From assembly GCA_040081625.1 (NCBI GenBank), contig JBEBGD010000002.1, forward strand, positions 1 to 64,000: a stretch of 64,000 nucleotides of DNA, in the 5' to 3' direction. Positions 51,643 through 61,559 of the stretch are shown here, in pieces (the stretch's first letter is position 1; each line of letters opens with the position of its first letter). This DNA is from Chthoniobacteraceae bacterium. Its GTDB lineage: Bacteria > Verrucomicrobiota > Verrucomicrobiia > Chthoniobacterales > Chthoniobacteraceae. Position numbers and translations under genes: made by a program. Under the pieces are notes generated by a model that made no database searches, had not been told where the DNA came from, and saw nothing but the letters and a program-made list of their open reading frames with translations.

Positions 51643-52659
51643 ATGAGCACTCTACACACTCACATCACCGGCAGTTTTCAGTCTGCGTCAAAAGTGGCGT
51701 TCTTGCTTTTGATCGGAGTGCAATCGCACGCGGCTGACCTATTCTCTCAATCTGGGAAAGACAAAGCCGCCGAGGACCCAAGGTTTTCCACCGTCGCCGC
51801 GCTTCTTGACGCTACCCGAAGTGGCGATGTTCCTGGCTCACTCAACTCAAGCGACCCCGCGACAGGCAACCGCTATCAACGAGGTGTCGGGGCATCGGTC
51901 CTCGCCATCCTTCAGAAGCAGAATCTACTCCCCAAAACTTCTGTGAGACACGACACGGCAAGTATGATCGGCCTGATGTTCGTGAACATCTCGCAATACG
52001 AGTTGTCGGGTCACAAGGACGAGCATGCGCCCCAATCGTTTCGAAACAACTGGAAGCTATTCTGCGAACTCCATCGTGCCGACGAGAATCCCCAGTTTCG
52101 CGATCAACTCGACCTGATCTTTAAGGAGTATTCACAAGCGGTGCAAGAATCGCTTATCCTCAAGAAAGAACGTGATGATCAACGGATGGCAGAAAGCGCA
52201 GTGCAGCAGCGCGAAGCTGATCTGTCTGTCCAACGAATGAGCGAAACAGCCGCACAAAAGAAAGCGGTGGTTGATGCTCAGGCAGCTTCGAAGCGCGCAG
52301 AGGATGATGCTCGTGCTCTTGCTGTTCAAGGTGCGATGCAGGCTCAAGCTGAAGTGAGGAAAAAGAAGCTGGAGGCGATGCTGGCATCTCCAGCCTACAA
52401 GCTCTGGCGAGCGTCGCTACAGGTCGAAGAGGGCATCCGATTGATCACGAAGGGCCGGAGCGAACTGGCTGCTCAGACCGCAGTCGAGCGCGAATCAGGA
52501 GTGGTGGACCTTGCAGCACGCCGGGCAGCCGGTGAGCGCGTGTATGCAGGCAAACGTTTAGTCGAACAAGCGTTTGAAAGCTACCTGCAACTCGGAGGTG
52601 AAGCTGCCACGCCCGAAGAGGTCAAGGCTGGAGCAGACCCAGCAGCCGAATATCGCTAA
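51643..52659 (+). CDS. hypothetical secreted coiled-coil protein
   Basis: Signal-like SHA-A site, Ala/Gln-rich helical middle. Confidence 0.6.
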   Translation: MSTLHTHITGSFQSASKVAFLLLIGVQSHAADLFSQSGKDKAAEDPRFSTVAALLDATRSGDVPGSLNSSDPATGNRYQRGVGASVLAILQKQNLLPKTSVRHDTASMIGLMFVNISQYELSGHKDEHAPQSFRNNWKLFCELHRADENPQFRDQLDLIFKEYSQAVQESLILKKERDDQRMAESAVQQREADLSVQRMSETAAQKKAVVDAQAASKRAEDDARALAVQGAMQAQAEVRKKKLEAMLASPAYKLWRASLQVEEGIRLITKGRSELAAQTAVERESGVVDLAARRAAGERVYAGKRLVEQAFESYLQLGGEAATPEEVKAGADPAAEYR

Positions 52660-52677
52660 GCAGTGCTCGGCAGGAAA

Positions 52678-52705
52678 GGGAGTCCATGGCGGCTCCCATT
52701 CTTTT
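52678..52705 (+). terminator. probable intrinsic terminator
   Basis: GGGAGTC-CATGGC-GGCTCCC followed by ATTCTTTT. Confidence 0.5.
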
Positions 52706-52849
52706 AGATGCCTCATGGTTGCGCAGAATTGACCGGCGGCAGCTTTGAATCACATGGATGGCTCTATCCCCGCGTTAATCCGCAGGGAGTATTTTCTTCG
52801 AGTATTTTACGATTGCCTCCGTGTGGTTCGTGGTGATTCATCCATCGCC

Positions 52850-53005
52850 ATGAAACTACCCAGCAACCTCGGTCTTCGCCTTCTCGCCGTTTACCTCATC
52901 ATCATCGGTTTGATTGGCATCTTCGGTATCAGCCTCGGCCAGCTCAGTATCCTAGTGCCCATTCTTGCACTCGTTGCTGGTATTCTGATCTTGATTGGGA
53001 AGTAG
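52850..53005 (+). CDS. small two-TM membrane protein
   Basis: 51 aa, MKLPSNLGLRLLAVYLIIIGL...ILALVAGILILIGK. Confidence 0.6.
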   Translation: MKLPSNLGLRLLAVYLIIIGLIGIFGISLGQLSILVPILALVAGILILIGK

Positions 53006-53015
53006 ATCAGCCATC

Positions 53016-53480
53016 ATGAACGCATTCGAGGAAAAGCTATATGAGATGGCAGGACACGAACTCATCTCTAAGGCCGTCAAACCTGGCCTCTGGACTAAGG
53101 CGTTCGCAATGGCGCTTGGCGATGAGCAGAAAACAAAGGCAGTTTACATAGAGCTTCGGGTAGCGGAACTTCGTGAAGAGTGCGTCGCCGAACTTGCTCG
53201 TCAAAATGAGACTGCCGCAGAACGTCGTTGTCGCGAAATCGGCCTTATTCGTGAGCGCTTCGGGGCGTTTGCTGGTATGCGCTATCTGGACACTGATCAC
53301 ATCCCAAGCAGTTCTTTTGACGGTCGGTCCACGGATCTCTGCTATCCGGTTTCCAGCGCGTTCGTTGCCGAGGTTCTGGGATTGCTTGAATTCGAGGTTA
53401 TCGGGCTCATTAAACGACGCTACATCCAAGGTCTCCATTGTAATGGCGACTGGTTTTGCGATCTAGGAGGAAGCAAGTAA
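53016..53480 (+). CDS. hypothetical protein
   Basis: GLWTKAFAMALGDE..TKAVYI.LRV motif. Confidence 0.55.
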   Translation: MNAFEEKLYEMAGHELISKAVKPGLWTKAFAMALGDEQKTKAVYIELRVAELREECVAELARQNETAAERRCREIGLIRERFGAFAGMRYLDTDHIPSSSFDGRSTDLCYPVSSAFVAEVLGLLEFEVIGLIKRRYIQGLHCNGDWFCDLGGSK

Positions 53481-53637
53481 TGTCCAATAGGCATTTCGCC
53501 CTTGGCAGGCGTCATGTTTTATTGGACAAGCGACTCTGTCCCGTGAACTCAACCTCGGTTTATGCGAGTCTTTTCCACCCAGTCTCTGCACCCGGCGATT
53601 CGCTGAATTTAGAGTTAGGCGTTTCCTCGCGCTTTCT

Positions 53638-54204
53638 GTGAACGAGACCTACATGCACTACACCGAAGAGAGCAACGCGCTCGACTACTTCGAGCGTGCG
53701 GCTCAATTCATCCGAGAGGCATCCACGGATAACCAAGCATGGAAGTGGGTCATCTTTGCCTTACACGGTGCATTATACGGTTTCGCCATCTGCGCCTGCA
53801 AGGGCACCAACTACGAGAACGTCACAACGAAAACAAAGTGGGGACTACGCCTTATCTCCTTTTCCGAAGCACTTGCGGCCTGCCAAGACCCTCAACGAAT
53901 GCAGATGACCGTCCTGAGCAAGCCGCTTTCTCTCACGAACGACCAGCGCGCAGCCATCACGCATCTCCAGCACGCACTTCGCAACCCGTTCGAGCACTAC
54001 ATTCCTCTGAGTTGGCACGTCGAGCTTCACGGGATGCCCGAAATTGCCATTCACTGCATCCAGGTTATTCGCTTTCTGGCACTCGACACCCGCAACTACA
54101 CCATGTTGGCGGAGGGCCAGTATGCTCGCATTGATTCACTAGCAGCCGAGACCATCGCCTTTCTCCGCACAACGCCCCTCCACCTCGAAAACAACGCCAC
54201 ATGA
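53638..54204 (+). CDS. HEPN-like protein
   Basis: Helical; WKWVIFALH and RNPFEH (R-x4-H). Confidence 0.55.
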   Translation: MNETYMHYTEESNALDYFERAAQFIREASTDNQAWKWVIFALHGALYGFAICACKGTNYENVTTKTKWGLRLISFSEALAACQDPQRMQMTVLSKPLSLTNDQRAAITHLQHALRNPFEHYIPLSWHVELHGMPEIAIHCIQVIRFLALDTRNYTMLAEGQYARIDSLAAETIAFLRTTPLHLENNAT

Positions 54205-54429
54205 AACCACAAACCATCGTAATCGCCGAAGTCGTCGTCCTCTACGCCACTGTCTCGTGGTGAGATGACCAAGAAGCTGTGGGAATACATCAAAGCCAAG
54301 GGACTTCAGGATGCGACGAACAAGCGTCAGATCAATGCTGACGAGGCGCTCAAGAAGGTGTTCAACGGCAAAAGCCAGGTTGACATGTTCGAAATGACCA
54401 AGCTCGTGTCAGGACATGTGAAGGCGTAG
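54201..54429 (+). pseudogene. SWIB/MDM2-domain gene, frameshifted near 54237 (or a 54-aa form from ATG 54265)
   Basis: MKP...AEVV in one frame; STPLSRGEMTKKLWEYIKAKGLQD..NKRQINADEALKKVF...VDMFEMTKLVSGH in another. Confidence 0.8.
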
Positions 54430-54606
54430 AACTGGTGGTCACTGGGAGAGATGCGTGTGTGCATGGAGTGTGAGCACCTGTTCACCGGACACGCCATCAA
54501 GCGGATCGAGGACAATGAAGGGGTGATCCATCTCCATACCCTAAGCTGCACCTTTGAGCATAAGTTTTGGCTTGTTCACGCGCTCCTCCTCTGGATTTAT
54601 CTGCCC

Positions 54607-54951
54607 ATGAACCTCAGCGATCTCACAGCGCGTTTGGCGATCAGTTTTCTTTTCTTGATCGCGTTTTCTGGCTGCGAACGGAACCCGGCAGCAACAGCGC
54701 GAATTATGGAAGCAACAGGCCGCGCTCTAAACCCAGAGGAGCCAATCCGCGAAGCAGAAGTGGCGAAAAAGGCCAGTGAAGCGGCTGTCAGTGTAGCGGA
54801 AGCCAACAAGAAAGCAGCAGAGGCAAACAAAAGCGCGGCAGAGGCGAACAAGAGCACGGCAGAGGCGTTGGAGAGGACAGCAAAGACGATGACTGAGCGG
54901 CAACTCAAGACGGCAACGCCAACGCCATCAGTCAGCCCAAAGCCACAGTAA
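54607..54951 (+). CDS. hypothetical lipoprotein with heptad repeats
   Basis: FSGC lipobox; (AEANK[K/S]x) x3. Confidence 0.6.
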   Translation: MNLSDLTARLAISFLFLIAFSGCERNPAATARIMEATGRALNPEEPIREAEVAKKASEAAVSVAEANKKAAEANKSAAEANKSTAEALERTAKTMTERQLKTATPTPSVSPKPQ

Positions 54952-54980
54952 CGCTAAACACCGCGTCGTTGGAGCACTGG

Positions 54981-55481
54981 TCAAACCATCGGTGTGATCG
55001 CAGCAGCGAAGGCAATATCGGTAGCGACTTTCTGCTGAGCCCACCTCGCCTTGGCAGCCTCAGACATCTTCTTCCTCGCTGCTGGACTGATCTTCCGCTT
55101 CTTCACCGGCTTCGCTTCAGGCTTTGGAGCCGGGGCTTTGGCAGGTGTCTTCTTCGCCGCATTCACTTTTGCCCACCGAGCTTTCTGAGCAGCGACAATT
55201 GCAGCTCGTCCTGCCGCTGACATTCCGCCCTTCTTCTTGGGTGCCTTAGCAGGCGTCGGAGCTTTTGCCGCTTTGATCTTTGCCCAGCGAGCTTTGATCC
55301 CAGCCACCATCTTTGCACGCGCAGCAGGACTGATGACTTTCTTGGCTTTCGCCTTCAGTGTCGTTGCAACGGTGGAGACTTTACCACTGACACCGCTGAT
55401 GATTTGATTCAGTTCGGCTTGGAGCGTTTCAATTTGTTCAGCGAGAGTGATGGCGCGTTTGAGTTGTTCGATGGATGGCAT
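54981..55481 (-). CDS. Lys/Ala-rich histone-like protein
   Basis: N-terminal coiled coil, three [I/M]S.A.R...KARWA repeats, PAK linkers. Confidence 0.75.
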   Translation of the reverse strand: MPSIEQLKRAITLAEQIETLQAELNQIISGVSGKVSTVATTLKAKAKKVISPAARAKMVAGIKARWAKIKAAKAPTPAKAPKKKGGMSAAGRAAIVAAQKARWAKVNAAKKTPAKAPAPKPEAKPVKKRKISPAARKKMSEAAKARWAQQKVATDIAFAAAITPMV

Positions 55482-55660
55482 GGTTCACCAATAAGCGTTT
55501 GTGTTCGATACGTCAATTGCCCGCAGTTTCCACTTGTCAGACGAAGCCCTTTGCCACAATGATCGACAGGCGATGCATTGTGCCTTCAACACGGAATCAT
55601 TTGTCCATGTCCCCGTGTTGTTCTTGGCACTCCACATGCGCTCCTTTCATTACGCATCCG

Positions 55661-56500
55661 GTGATCACGGACATCTTTCAATTTCAAGACGCGCTGATCA
55701 AGCAGGTTGAGAGAGTGTTGGAGACCCGAGATGTGCAACCAGGATTTCAACATCATCCGGCGCTCGTTGCCTTCGAGGAGAGCGTATCCTTCGCGACAGG
55801 AGAAGCAATAGGCGCTTTTGCACGGCAAGCGATGCGCAAATGTTCAGCGTCTGAACTGAAACGTCAGCGTCGAATGATCAAGACCCTTCTCGCGCACGTC
55901 ATCGCGAATGTCTCGCCAGACGAACTAATGCGCCGTTGCTTCGATGCTTCGATCGCGATCACGTTGATGTTAGAAGAATTGGGGATATGGGCAGTCACTT
56001 ATCTTGGCACGCTCATTTACGATGGATGCGGGGTTCTGGAAAATCGATCTCTGTATTATGTGGACGATATATTTGATCCTCATCCTGACAGCGAAGCTCG
56101 CGGACATTCTTGGATCTTTACTCCTGGATACCCGGTCATTGACCTGACGGCTCGTCATCAGCCCCTGCCGCTGGAATGGAGTGAGAAGATTCCGTGGCCC
56201 CTTCTTCTTCAGAAGGACGGGCCAACTTCTCCTGATCCGATGTGGTATTTAGATCTCATGGATCCTCCCCTTGTTGCAAAGCAGAAGCACATGTGGCTTT
56301 TAGAGCAACGCAAGTATCCAGATTGGAATCGTCTGCATCCCCACGCGCACTACAAAGCGAACGAAGTATATCTTCACTTCGTGCCGATGGATTTAATGTT
56401 CGGAGATTCGCCACTTAGCGAGTTCCAAAGTTCATTTCGCATTGGAGGCAAAACTCCATTTGAGTTCTTCAATGCGATTAGGACAACTCTCTCTCCCTGA
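55661..56500 (+). CDS. hypothetical protein, possible transglutaminase-like Cys-His-Asp fold
   Basis: RCFDAS, GHSW, VIDLT in order; start codon uncertain. Confidence 0.5.
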   Translation: MITDIFQFQDALIKQVERVLETRDVQPGFQHHPALVAFEESVSFATGEAIGAFARQAMRKCSASELKRQRRMIKTLLAHVIANVSPDELMRRCFDASIAITLMLEELGIWAVTYLGTLIYDGCGVLENRSLYYVDDIFDPHPDSEARGHSWIFTPGYPVIDLTARHQPLPLEWSEKIPWPLLLQKDGPTSPDPMWYLDLMDPPLVAKQKHMWLLEQRKYPDWNRLHPHAHYKANEVYLHFVPMDLMFGDSPLSEFQSSFRIGGKTPFEFFNAIRTTLSP

Positions 56501-56510
56501 CCGACCATAA

Positions 56511-57113
56511 ATGAAGCCGATTGAATGGCTCACAGGCGACGTCGCAGACGAGATAATCTTTCACGAGGCGGGGCATTTTGTGATGGGGATGCTACTAGGC
56601 ATTGAAGAAGCTGGCATCCAGTTTTTCAGGGCAGGTTCTTGCGATTCAGCCAGAAGCCACTACACCGCGGAGGCCAACGATCAGCCAAGAAGAATTCAAC
56701 GGTCACTCGCAGGAATGTATTCGCAGGCACTAACATGTCCCAGTTCTATTGACGATGAGCTTAGATCACTTATTCTAAAGGGGGCCTTATTCGAACGAGA
56801 GGAGGACCTGAAAGGGACAGCGGTCATTCAACGCCGCCTGAAGGAGCACGGCTTTCTTGGGGACACAATCATAGCGATGGACTTAGCGGCAGAGATTAGC
56901 CCAAAGCCAGAGGACATACTTCGAGTGCTGAGACGGTGCCACTCTTATGTGTGTGACGCATTCGAGCCAACGCGGGTAGCCCACATTGTAAGAGGCGTTC
57001 ATCAAGATATACGGCTGTGGCTTGAGGAGGACGACGATTGGCTCGCTTTTGATGTCCGCATGCTTTTCTATTCCATACCTCGAGCAACAAAGACATTCAG
57101 AAAGCTGGTATAA
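56511..57113 (+). CDS. HExxH metallopeptidase-like protein
   Basis: FHEAGHF, SLAG, GD. Confidence 0.6.
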   Translation: MKPIEWLTGDVADEIIFHEAGHFVMGMLLGIEEAGIQFFRAGSCDSARSHYTAEANDQPRRIQRSLAGMYSQALTCPSSIDDELRSLILKGALFEREEDLKGTAVIQRRLKEHGFLGDTIIAMDLAAEISPKPEDILRVLRRCHSYVCDAFEPTRVAHIVRGVHQDIRLWLEEDDDWLAFDVRMLFYSIPRATKTFRKLV

Positions 57114-57175
57114 TACATTGAAACGAATGAGCTAAATCCCAAGGATCGAACTCAGACGCTCAAACGTAGAACCCA

Positions 57176-57376
57176 GTGAACCCGAAGTATTACAGCCCGC
57201 AGATCCGGCGTGATCTCGTCACCAAGCTCTACTTCAGGGCCAAGGCCGAGAAAGTGCCGATGACGAAGCTCACGAATAGATTGCTCGACGAGGCACTAAG
57301 CAGTGTCGAGCCAATGGAAGTGCTTCGTGTAGCAGAATCGCCAACACCGTATCCCAACCCGCAGCAAGCGGCTTAG
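57176..57376 (+). CDS. small putative DNA-binding protein (RHH-like)
   Basis: YSPQIRRDLVTKLY.RAK..KVPMTKL..RLL; first gene of the backbone. Confidence 0.6.
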   Translation: MNPKYYSPQIRRDLVTKLYFRAKAEKVPMTKLTNRLLDEALSSVEPMEVLRVAESPTPYPNPQQAA

Positions 57377-57461
57377 GACATCACATCAACCACAACGCAC
57401 GCATCGCCGACTCCTCGCAGTCGGCTTTTTCGTGCCCACACCTAAAGAAAGGAAACACACA

Positions 57462-57950
57462 ATGGCCGTTATCCTCGCCATGACGTATCAGAAGAAACTC
57501 GGGCTGCCCAATTACAGCAGCCACTCATGCTCAGTCAGTCTCACGGTCGAAATCCCAGACGTGAGTGTGGCAGCACAGGAGAGCAGCAAGCTCTACCAAC
57601 TGCTGCAAACCGCAGTGGATGCCGAGATCCGTGAAGTCGGTTTCATGCCCGATGCCACGACCTACGGCATGGACAATCACCAGCCTGCAAACGGCAATGG
57701 AAACGGTCAGCATCAGCAGAACGGCGACGCCTGGAACTGCACACAGGGTCAAGAATCGTTCATCAAGCGCATCGTGAATGAGTCCAACCTCGACAAGAAC
57801 GAGGTGGAGAACATGGCGCAGCAGCTCTTTGGCTGCGGTGTGAAGCAGTGCGATCGAATGCAAGCCAGCCAGCTCATCGAAGAGTTGCTGGAGAAGACCG
57901 GCAAGAAGGTCAGGCGTTTTCAGCGTCGTCAACCGGCACCCACACGATGA
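57462..57950 (+). CDS. hypothetical backbone protein
   Basis: AGAAAGGA RBS; KKLGLPNYSS motif; C-terminal T.GQ...ASQLIEEL; coupled to the nuclease. Confidence 0.7.
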   Translation: MAVILAMTYQKKLGLPNYSSHSCSVSLTVEIPDVSVAAQESSKLYQLLQTAVDAEIREVGFMPDATTYGMDNHQPANGNGNGQHQQNGDAWNCTQGQESFIKRIVNESNLDKNEVENMAQQLFGCGVKQCDRMQASQLIEELLEKTGKKVRRFQRRQPAPTR

Positions 57951-58780
57951 TCGCTGCCGCTGAAGCAATTCAATCAGCGCCAGCATCACCACCACCGACC
58001 GAAGCACAGATCATCAGCGACTTGAGAAAGACAGTATCGCCATCAAGGCTCACGCTGTTTCTCTCCTGCCGATTGAAGTTCTTCTTTCGGTATGTGCTCG
58101 GGCTGACGAAACCAAAGTCAGCGGCGCTACACGTCGGCACCTGCGTTCATGCCGTGATTAAGAGTTGGAACAAGGCGAGGTGGAAACAACAGCCACTCAC
58201 GCTCAAACAACTCCACGATGAATTCAGCAAAGCTTGGACGGACGAGGCCGAAGAACCTGTCCAGTGGGATGAAGACGAGAAGGAAGAGGATCAAAAAGCG
58301 CTGGGCTGGCGGCTGGTGGAAACGTATCTGCGAGAGAACAAAACTCCCGCAGACGTGAAACCGGAAGCGGTCGAAGTGTATGTCGAGGCAGACCTCCACA
58401 AACACGGTCTGCCAAACATTGTCGGCGTGCTCGATCTGGTTCAGGCAGGCGTCATCGTCGATTACAAGACGAGCGGCAAGTCACCCAACGTCGAGACAGT
58501 TGCTCACACACACGAGATCCAGACGAGCAGCTACGCCGTCCTCTATCGTGATGCGACCAGCAAGCGTGAAAGCGGCATCGAGATCCATCATCTGATCAAG
58601 ACCAAGGCTCCCAAGGTTATCATCTCACCGATGCCGCCAATGAGCGATCAGCAGCAAACCCGGCTGTTTCATCTCATGGAAGCTTACCAAGACGGTCTGG
58701 GCCGAAAAGACTTCGTTCCGTCGGTCGGCATGCAGTGCTCCTCATGCGAATTCCTGGGTGAATGTCGCAAGTGGAGCTGA
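57947..58780 (+). CDS. PD-(D/E)XK nuclease, RecB/AddB/Cas4-like with probable Fe-S cluster
   Basis: SPSRL...C, GVLDLV, IVDYKT, QTSSY, CSSCEFLGEC. Confidence 0.85.
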   Translation: MIAAAEAIQSAPASPPPTEAQIISDLRKTVSPSRLTLFLSCRLKFFFRYVLGLTKPKSAALHVGTCVHAVIKSWNKARWKQQPLTLKQLHDEFSKAWTDEAEEPVQWDEDEKEEDQKALGWRLVETYLRENKTPADVKPEAVEVYVEADLHKHGLPNIVGVLDLVQAGVIVDYKTSGKSPNVETVAHTHEIQTSSYAVLYRDATSKRESGIEIHHLIKTKAPKVIISPMPPMSDQQQTRLFHLMEAYQDGLGRKDFVPSVGMQCSSCEFLGECRKWS

Positions 58781-58894
58781 AGTAATCTCGGACAAAACGG
58801 ACAGCTAATCAGCAGTCCATCGGGAAAACGGTTGGTCCTCAGCAAGTGGGAGCTGGGGGCCAACCAATCCATTTCTAGAAAGGAGGGGAAACCC

Positions 58895-59161
58895 ATGAAA
58901 AGACATCTACTCGCGCTCAGCATCATGCTGGCGCTCATCACCACATCACACGCCGGGTGGTTCGATCGCAAAGACGATCACAAGCAGGAGATCCAACAGC
59001 TCCATCAACAGCTCGCCGTCGAACAAAAGCAGACAGGCACCTGGCAGATCGTTGCTGGCAGTTTGGCTGTGTTCACGTTCATCGCGTTCACCATCGGCAC
59101 CATTCTGGGATCAAGAACACGGAGAAAACATGAGCGAGCCGCTGACACCCACCAACAGTAA
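58895..59161 (+). CDS. small exported/membrane protein
   Basis: Signal peptide, short coiled coil, C-terminal TM. Confidence 0.65.
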   Translation: MKRHLLALSIMLALITTSHAGWFDRKDDHKQEIQQLHQQLAVEQKQTGTWQIVAGSLAVFTFIAFTIGTILGSRTRRKHERAADTHQQ

Positions 59162-59549
59162 GAGCCGAGTGCGTGAGTTCATCAGTCGGCACTGGCAGCC
59201 AAAGGAAATCGAGCAGCCAACAGTCGATCCTGACCTCAAGCATCTCGATGGCGCTCAACGGTCAGCAGAGGTGGTGCGTTACAGCATTCTCTCGCTGGAA
59301 TGGTGGTTGAGCCCCAATGGCAGATTGAGGGAATGGCTCAGGCTCAATGGAAAGATCAGCTCGGTGTTGATCATCCCTGCGGTGCTCGTGGTGCCATTGG
59401 TCACGTTCATCATCTGGCAGGTATCAAAGTGGATGGGCTGGCTGGTGGGTATCGCTGGCAACCTCATTCTATTTCCACTGGCAGCTCTTGTAGCAGCGGG
59501 CGTCACATTCGGCGTCGTCATCTTGCTGAGGAACCTCCTCGGCAAATAA
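59130..59549 (+). CDS. two-TM membrane protein
   Basis: EWWLSPNGRLREWLRLN followed by hydrophobic helices. Confidence 0.65.
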   Translation: MSEPLTPTNSKSRVREFISRHWQPKEIEQPTVDPDLKHLDGAQRSAEVVRYSILSLEWWLSPNGRLREWLRLNGKISSVLIIPAVLVVPLVTFIIWQVSKWMGWLVGIAGNLILFPLAALVAAGVTFGVVILLRNLLGK

Positions 59550-59627
59550 TTCAAATCGCACACAAGGCCGGATCACTCATCATCGGGTGGTCCGGCTTTG
59601 TCGTGTTCAAATAGAAAGGATAATCAC

Positions 59628-60698
59628 ATGGAGCACATCACGCTCTACTACAAGGAAGGCAGCTCGGACAAAGTGTATTCAGTCAGGATCGAGCCCAAGG
59701 ACAGCGGATACGTTGTGAACTTCGCTTACGGTCGTCGTGGCTCTACGATGACCACTGGAACCAAAACCTCCACAGCGGTCGATTATGACGCAGCCAAGGC
59801 CATCTACGACAAGCTCGTGAAAGAGAAGACGAGCAAGGGCTACACGCCTGGCGAAGACGGCACACCGTATCAGCACACAGCCAAGGCCAGCACCGGTATT
59901 CACTGCCAGTTGCTCAATTCGATCGGCGACGATGAAATTGAAAAACTCATCAGTGATCCGTCGTGGTGGATGCAGGAGAAGAAAGACGGGCGAAGGCTGT
60001 TGCTGAAAAAGGAAGGCGACAGCATCACCGGTATCAACAGGCTCGGCCTCATTGCTGGCATTTCCGTTGCACTGGCTCGGGATGCACTTCGCTGCGTTGA
60101 AGACTTTGTGTTGGACGGCGAGGGCATCGGAGATCACCTCCATGTCTTCGATGCAGTGTTGATCGGTGACGAGGAAATTGGCGGTTGTCGCTACACCGAG
60201 CGTTACCTGCGGCTGATGAATCTGCTCGGTTCATTCCAGCACCCACATATTCACCTCGTCTCCACGGCGTTCTCTGCCAACGACAAACAAGAGCTGTTCG
60301 ATAAGCTGAAGGACAAGAACGCAGAGGGCGTCGTGTTCAAGCACAGTGACGCACCCTACATCGCTGGACGCCCTTCGAGCGGTGGCACGCAGCTCAAACA
60401 CAAGTTCTGTGAAACCGCGTCCTTCATCGTGGGCAGTGTGAACTCGAAGCGCAGCGTGAAGTTGAAACTGCTCAACGGGAAATCATTCGTCGATGCTGGC
60501 AACGTCACGATCCCACCCAATCACGACATCCCCAAACCTGGCACAGTCGTTGAGGTTCGATACCTCTACGCATTCAAGGAGAGTGGCTGCATCTACCAGC
60601 CTGTGTATCTCGGTGCTCGTGACGACATCGATCCAGCGGAGTGCATGGTCGCTCAGCTCAAATATAAAGCGGACCAACCGCAAGAGGCACTCGTATGA
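59628..60698 (+). CDS. WGR-domain ATP-dependent DNA ligase
   Basis: WGR-like SDKVY/YGRRG/KGY; ligase motifs EKKDG, LDGE, VFD, EGVVFK; OB-fold EVRY...QPVY..ARDD. Confidence 0.88.
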   Translation: MEHITLYYKEGSSDKVYSVRIEPKDSGYVVNFAYGRRGSTMTTGTKTSTAVDYDAAKAIYDKLVKEKTSKGYTPGEDGTPYQHTAKASTGIHCQLLNSIGDDEIEKLISDPSWWMQEKKDGRRLLLKKEGDSITGINRLGLIAGISVALARDALRCVEDFVLDGEGIGDHLHVFDAVLIGDEEIGGCRYTERYLRLMNLLGSFQHPHIHLVSTAFSANDKQELFDKLKDKNAEGVVFKHSDAPYIAGRPSSGGTQLKHKFCETASFIVGSVNSKRSVKLKLLNGKSFVDAGNVTIPPNHDIPKPGTVVEVRYLYAFKESGCIYQPVYLGARDDIDPAECMVAQLKYKADQPQEALV

Positions 60699-60877
60699 GC
60701 ACCAAGCTCATCAGTCGCAAGCACGTCAAAGCCTGTGCGCTGTCGATGGCTGCTCACCGGACCCACAAGTTCACACGAGTTGGTGCCGAGTTTTTCATCA
60801 AATGCGAAGCGAACTTGAAAGAGTTCATCAGGAGCTACGTGCAAAGGCTGCCGTCGAAAGGAAAGACGATTGTATGA
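60695..60877 (+). CDS. small basic hypothetical protein
   Basis: ATGA-coupled on both sides; KFTRVG...PSKGKTI. Confidence 0.6.
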   Translation: MSTKLISRKHVKACALSMAAHRTHKFTRVGAEFFIKCEANLKEFIRSYVQRLPSKGKTIV

Positions 60878-61128
60878 GCAGCCCATTCGCAGCACGGGAG
60901 CCGCAGCCCATGCACCGGTATAAGAATGACTTCCGGTGGCGAGTCATGCCGCCTGACAAAGCAGAAGCAGACGGTTACTTCACTCGCGCCTTTGGCAATA
61001 AGCAGAAGGCACTGGCGTATCAGAAGCTCATCAAGACGCTCTATCCTGATGAAGTGTGCTGCCTTTGCGACACCGGCAAATACTACGACGCTCACGGTCA
61101 CATCTACCACAGCAAGGAAGGACGGTAG
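60874..61128 (+). CDS. hypothetical protein
   Basis: GAAAGGA RBS and ATGA coupling. Confidence 0.55.
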   Translation: MSSPFAAREPQPMHRYKNDFRWRVMPPDKAEADGYFTRAFGNKQKALAYQKLIKTLYPDEVCCLCDTGKYYDAHGHIYHSKEGR

Positions 61129-61214
61129 CTAAACCAGCGGTGTAAATTCTTACACCCCAACATCAACCAAGGGGCCGCGTGTGTTCAATCCACATGCGGT
61201 CTTCAACTTCATCG

Positions 61215-61559
61215 TCAATGCGGGCGAGGAATCCCGTAGGTCAGCGACAGGTAGTTTCCAATGTCCTGCGGTTCGTCGATGAACCACCGACCATTTGCTT
61301 CATTCACTTGAACCCCGGCAAGCGGTGACACCAGCGGAGCACCAAGGACCAAGGCAGGACACGACTGATGTTCTGCGCCCAGCAGCGCAAGCAAGTCAGC
61401 TCTCGGCTTTGCAAAGGCCACACGCTTCACATCAATCTGAGATGTCAGATTTGGATAGAGGCTGAGCAAGCCCTCGAAGATGGTGCAGTAGGGACAGTAA
61501 TACGGAGCGCCATCGCCATCGAGGAAGCCGGGGGTAAGCAAGAACAGGGTGTCTTTCAT
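61215..61559 (-). CDS. DUF3088 family protein
   Basis: DTLFLL.PGF.D, YCPYC, F..PR, HQSCP.LVL, PRPH. Confidence 0.8.
   Translation of the reverse strand: MKDTLFLLTPGFLDGDGAPYYCPYCTIFEGLLSLYPNLTSQIDVKRVAFAKPRADLLALLGAEHQSCPALVLGAPLVSPLAGVQVNEANGRWFIDEPQDIGNYLSLTYGIPRPH

Noticed and set aside
57947..58780. Cas4 of a CRISPR system
   Set aside because: No cas1, cas2 or array nearby; better treated as a stand-alone PD-(D/E)XK nuclease.
58788..58865. c-di-GMP riboswitch
   Set aside because: Two stems and A-rich linkers are present, but the GEMM consensus could not be matched.
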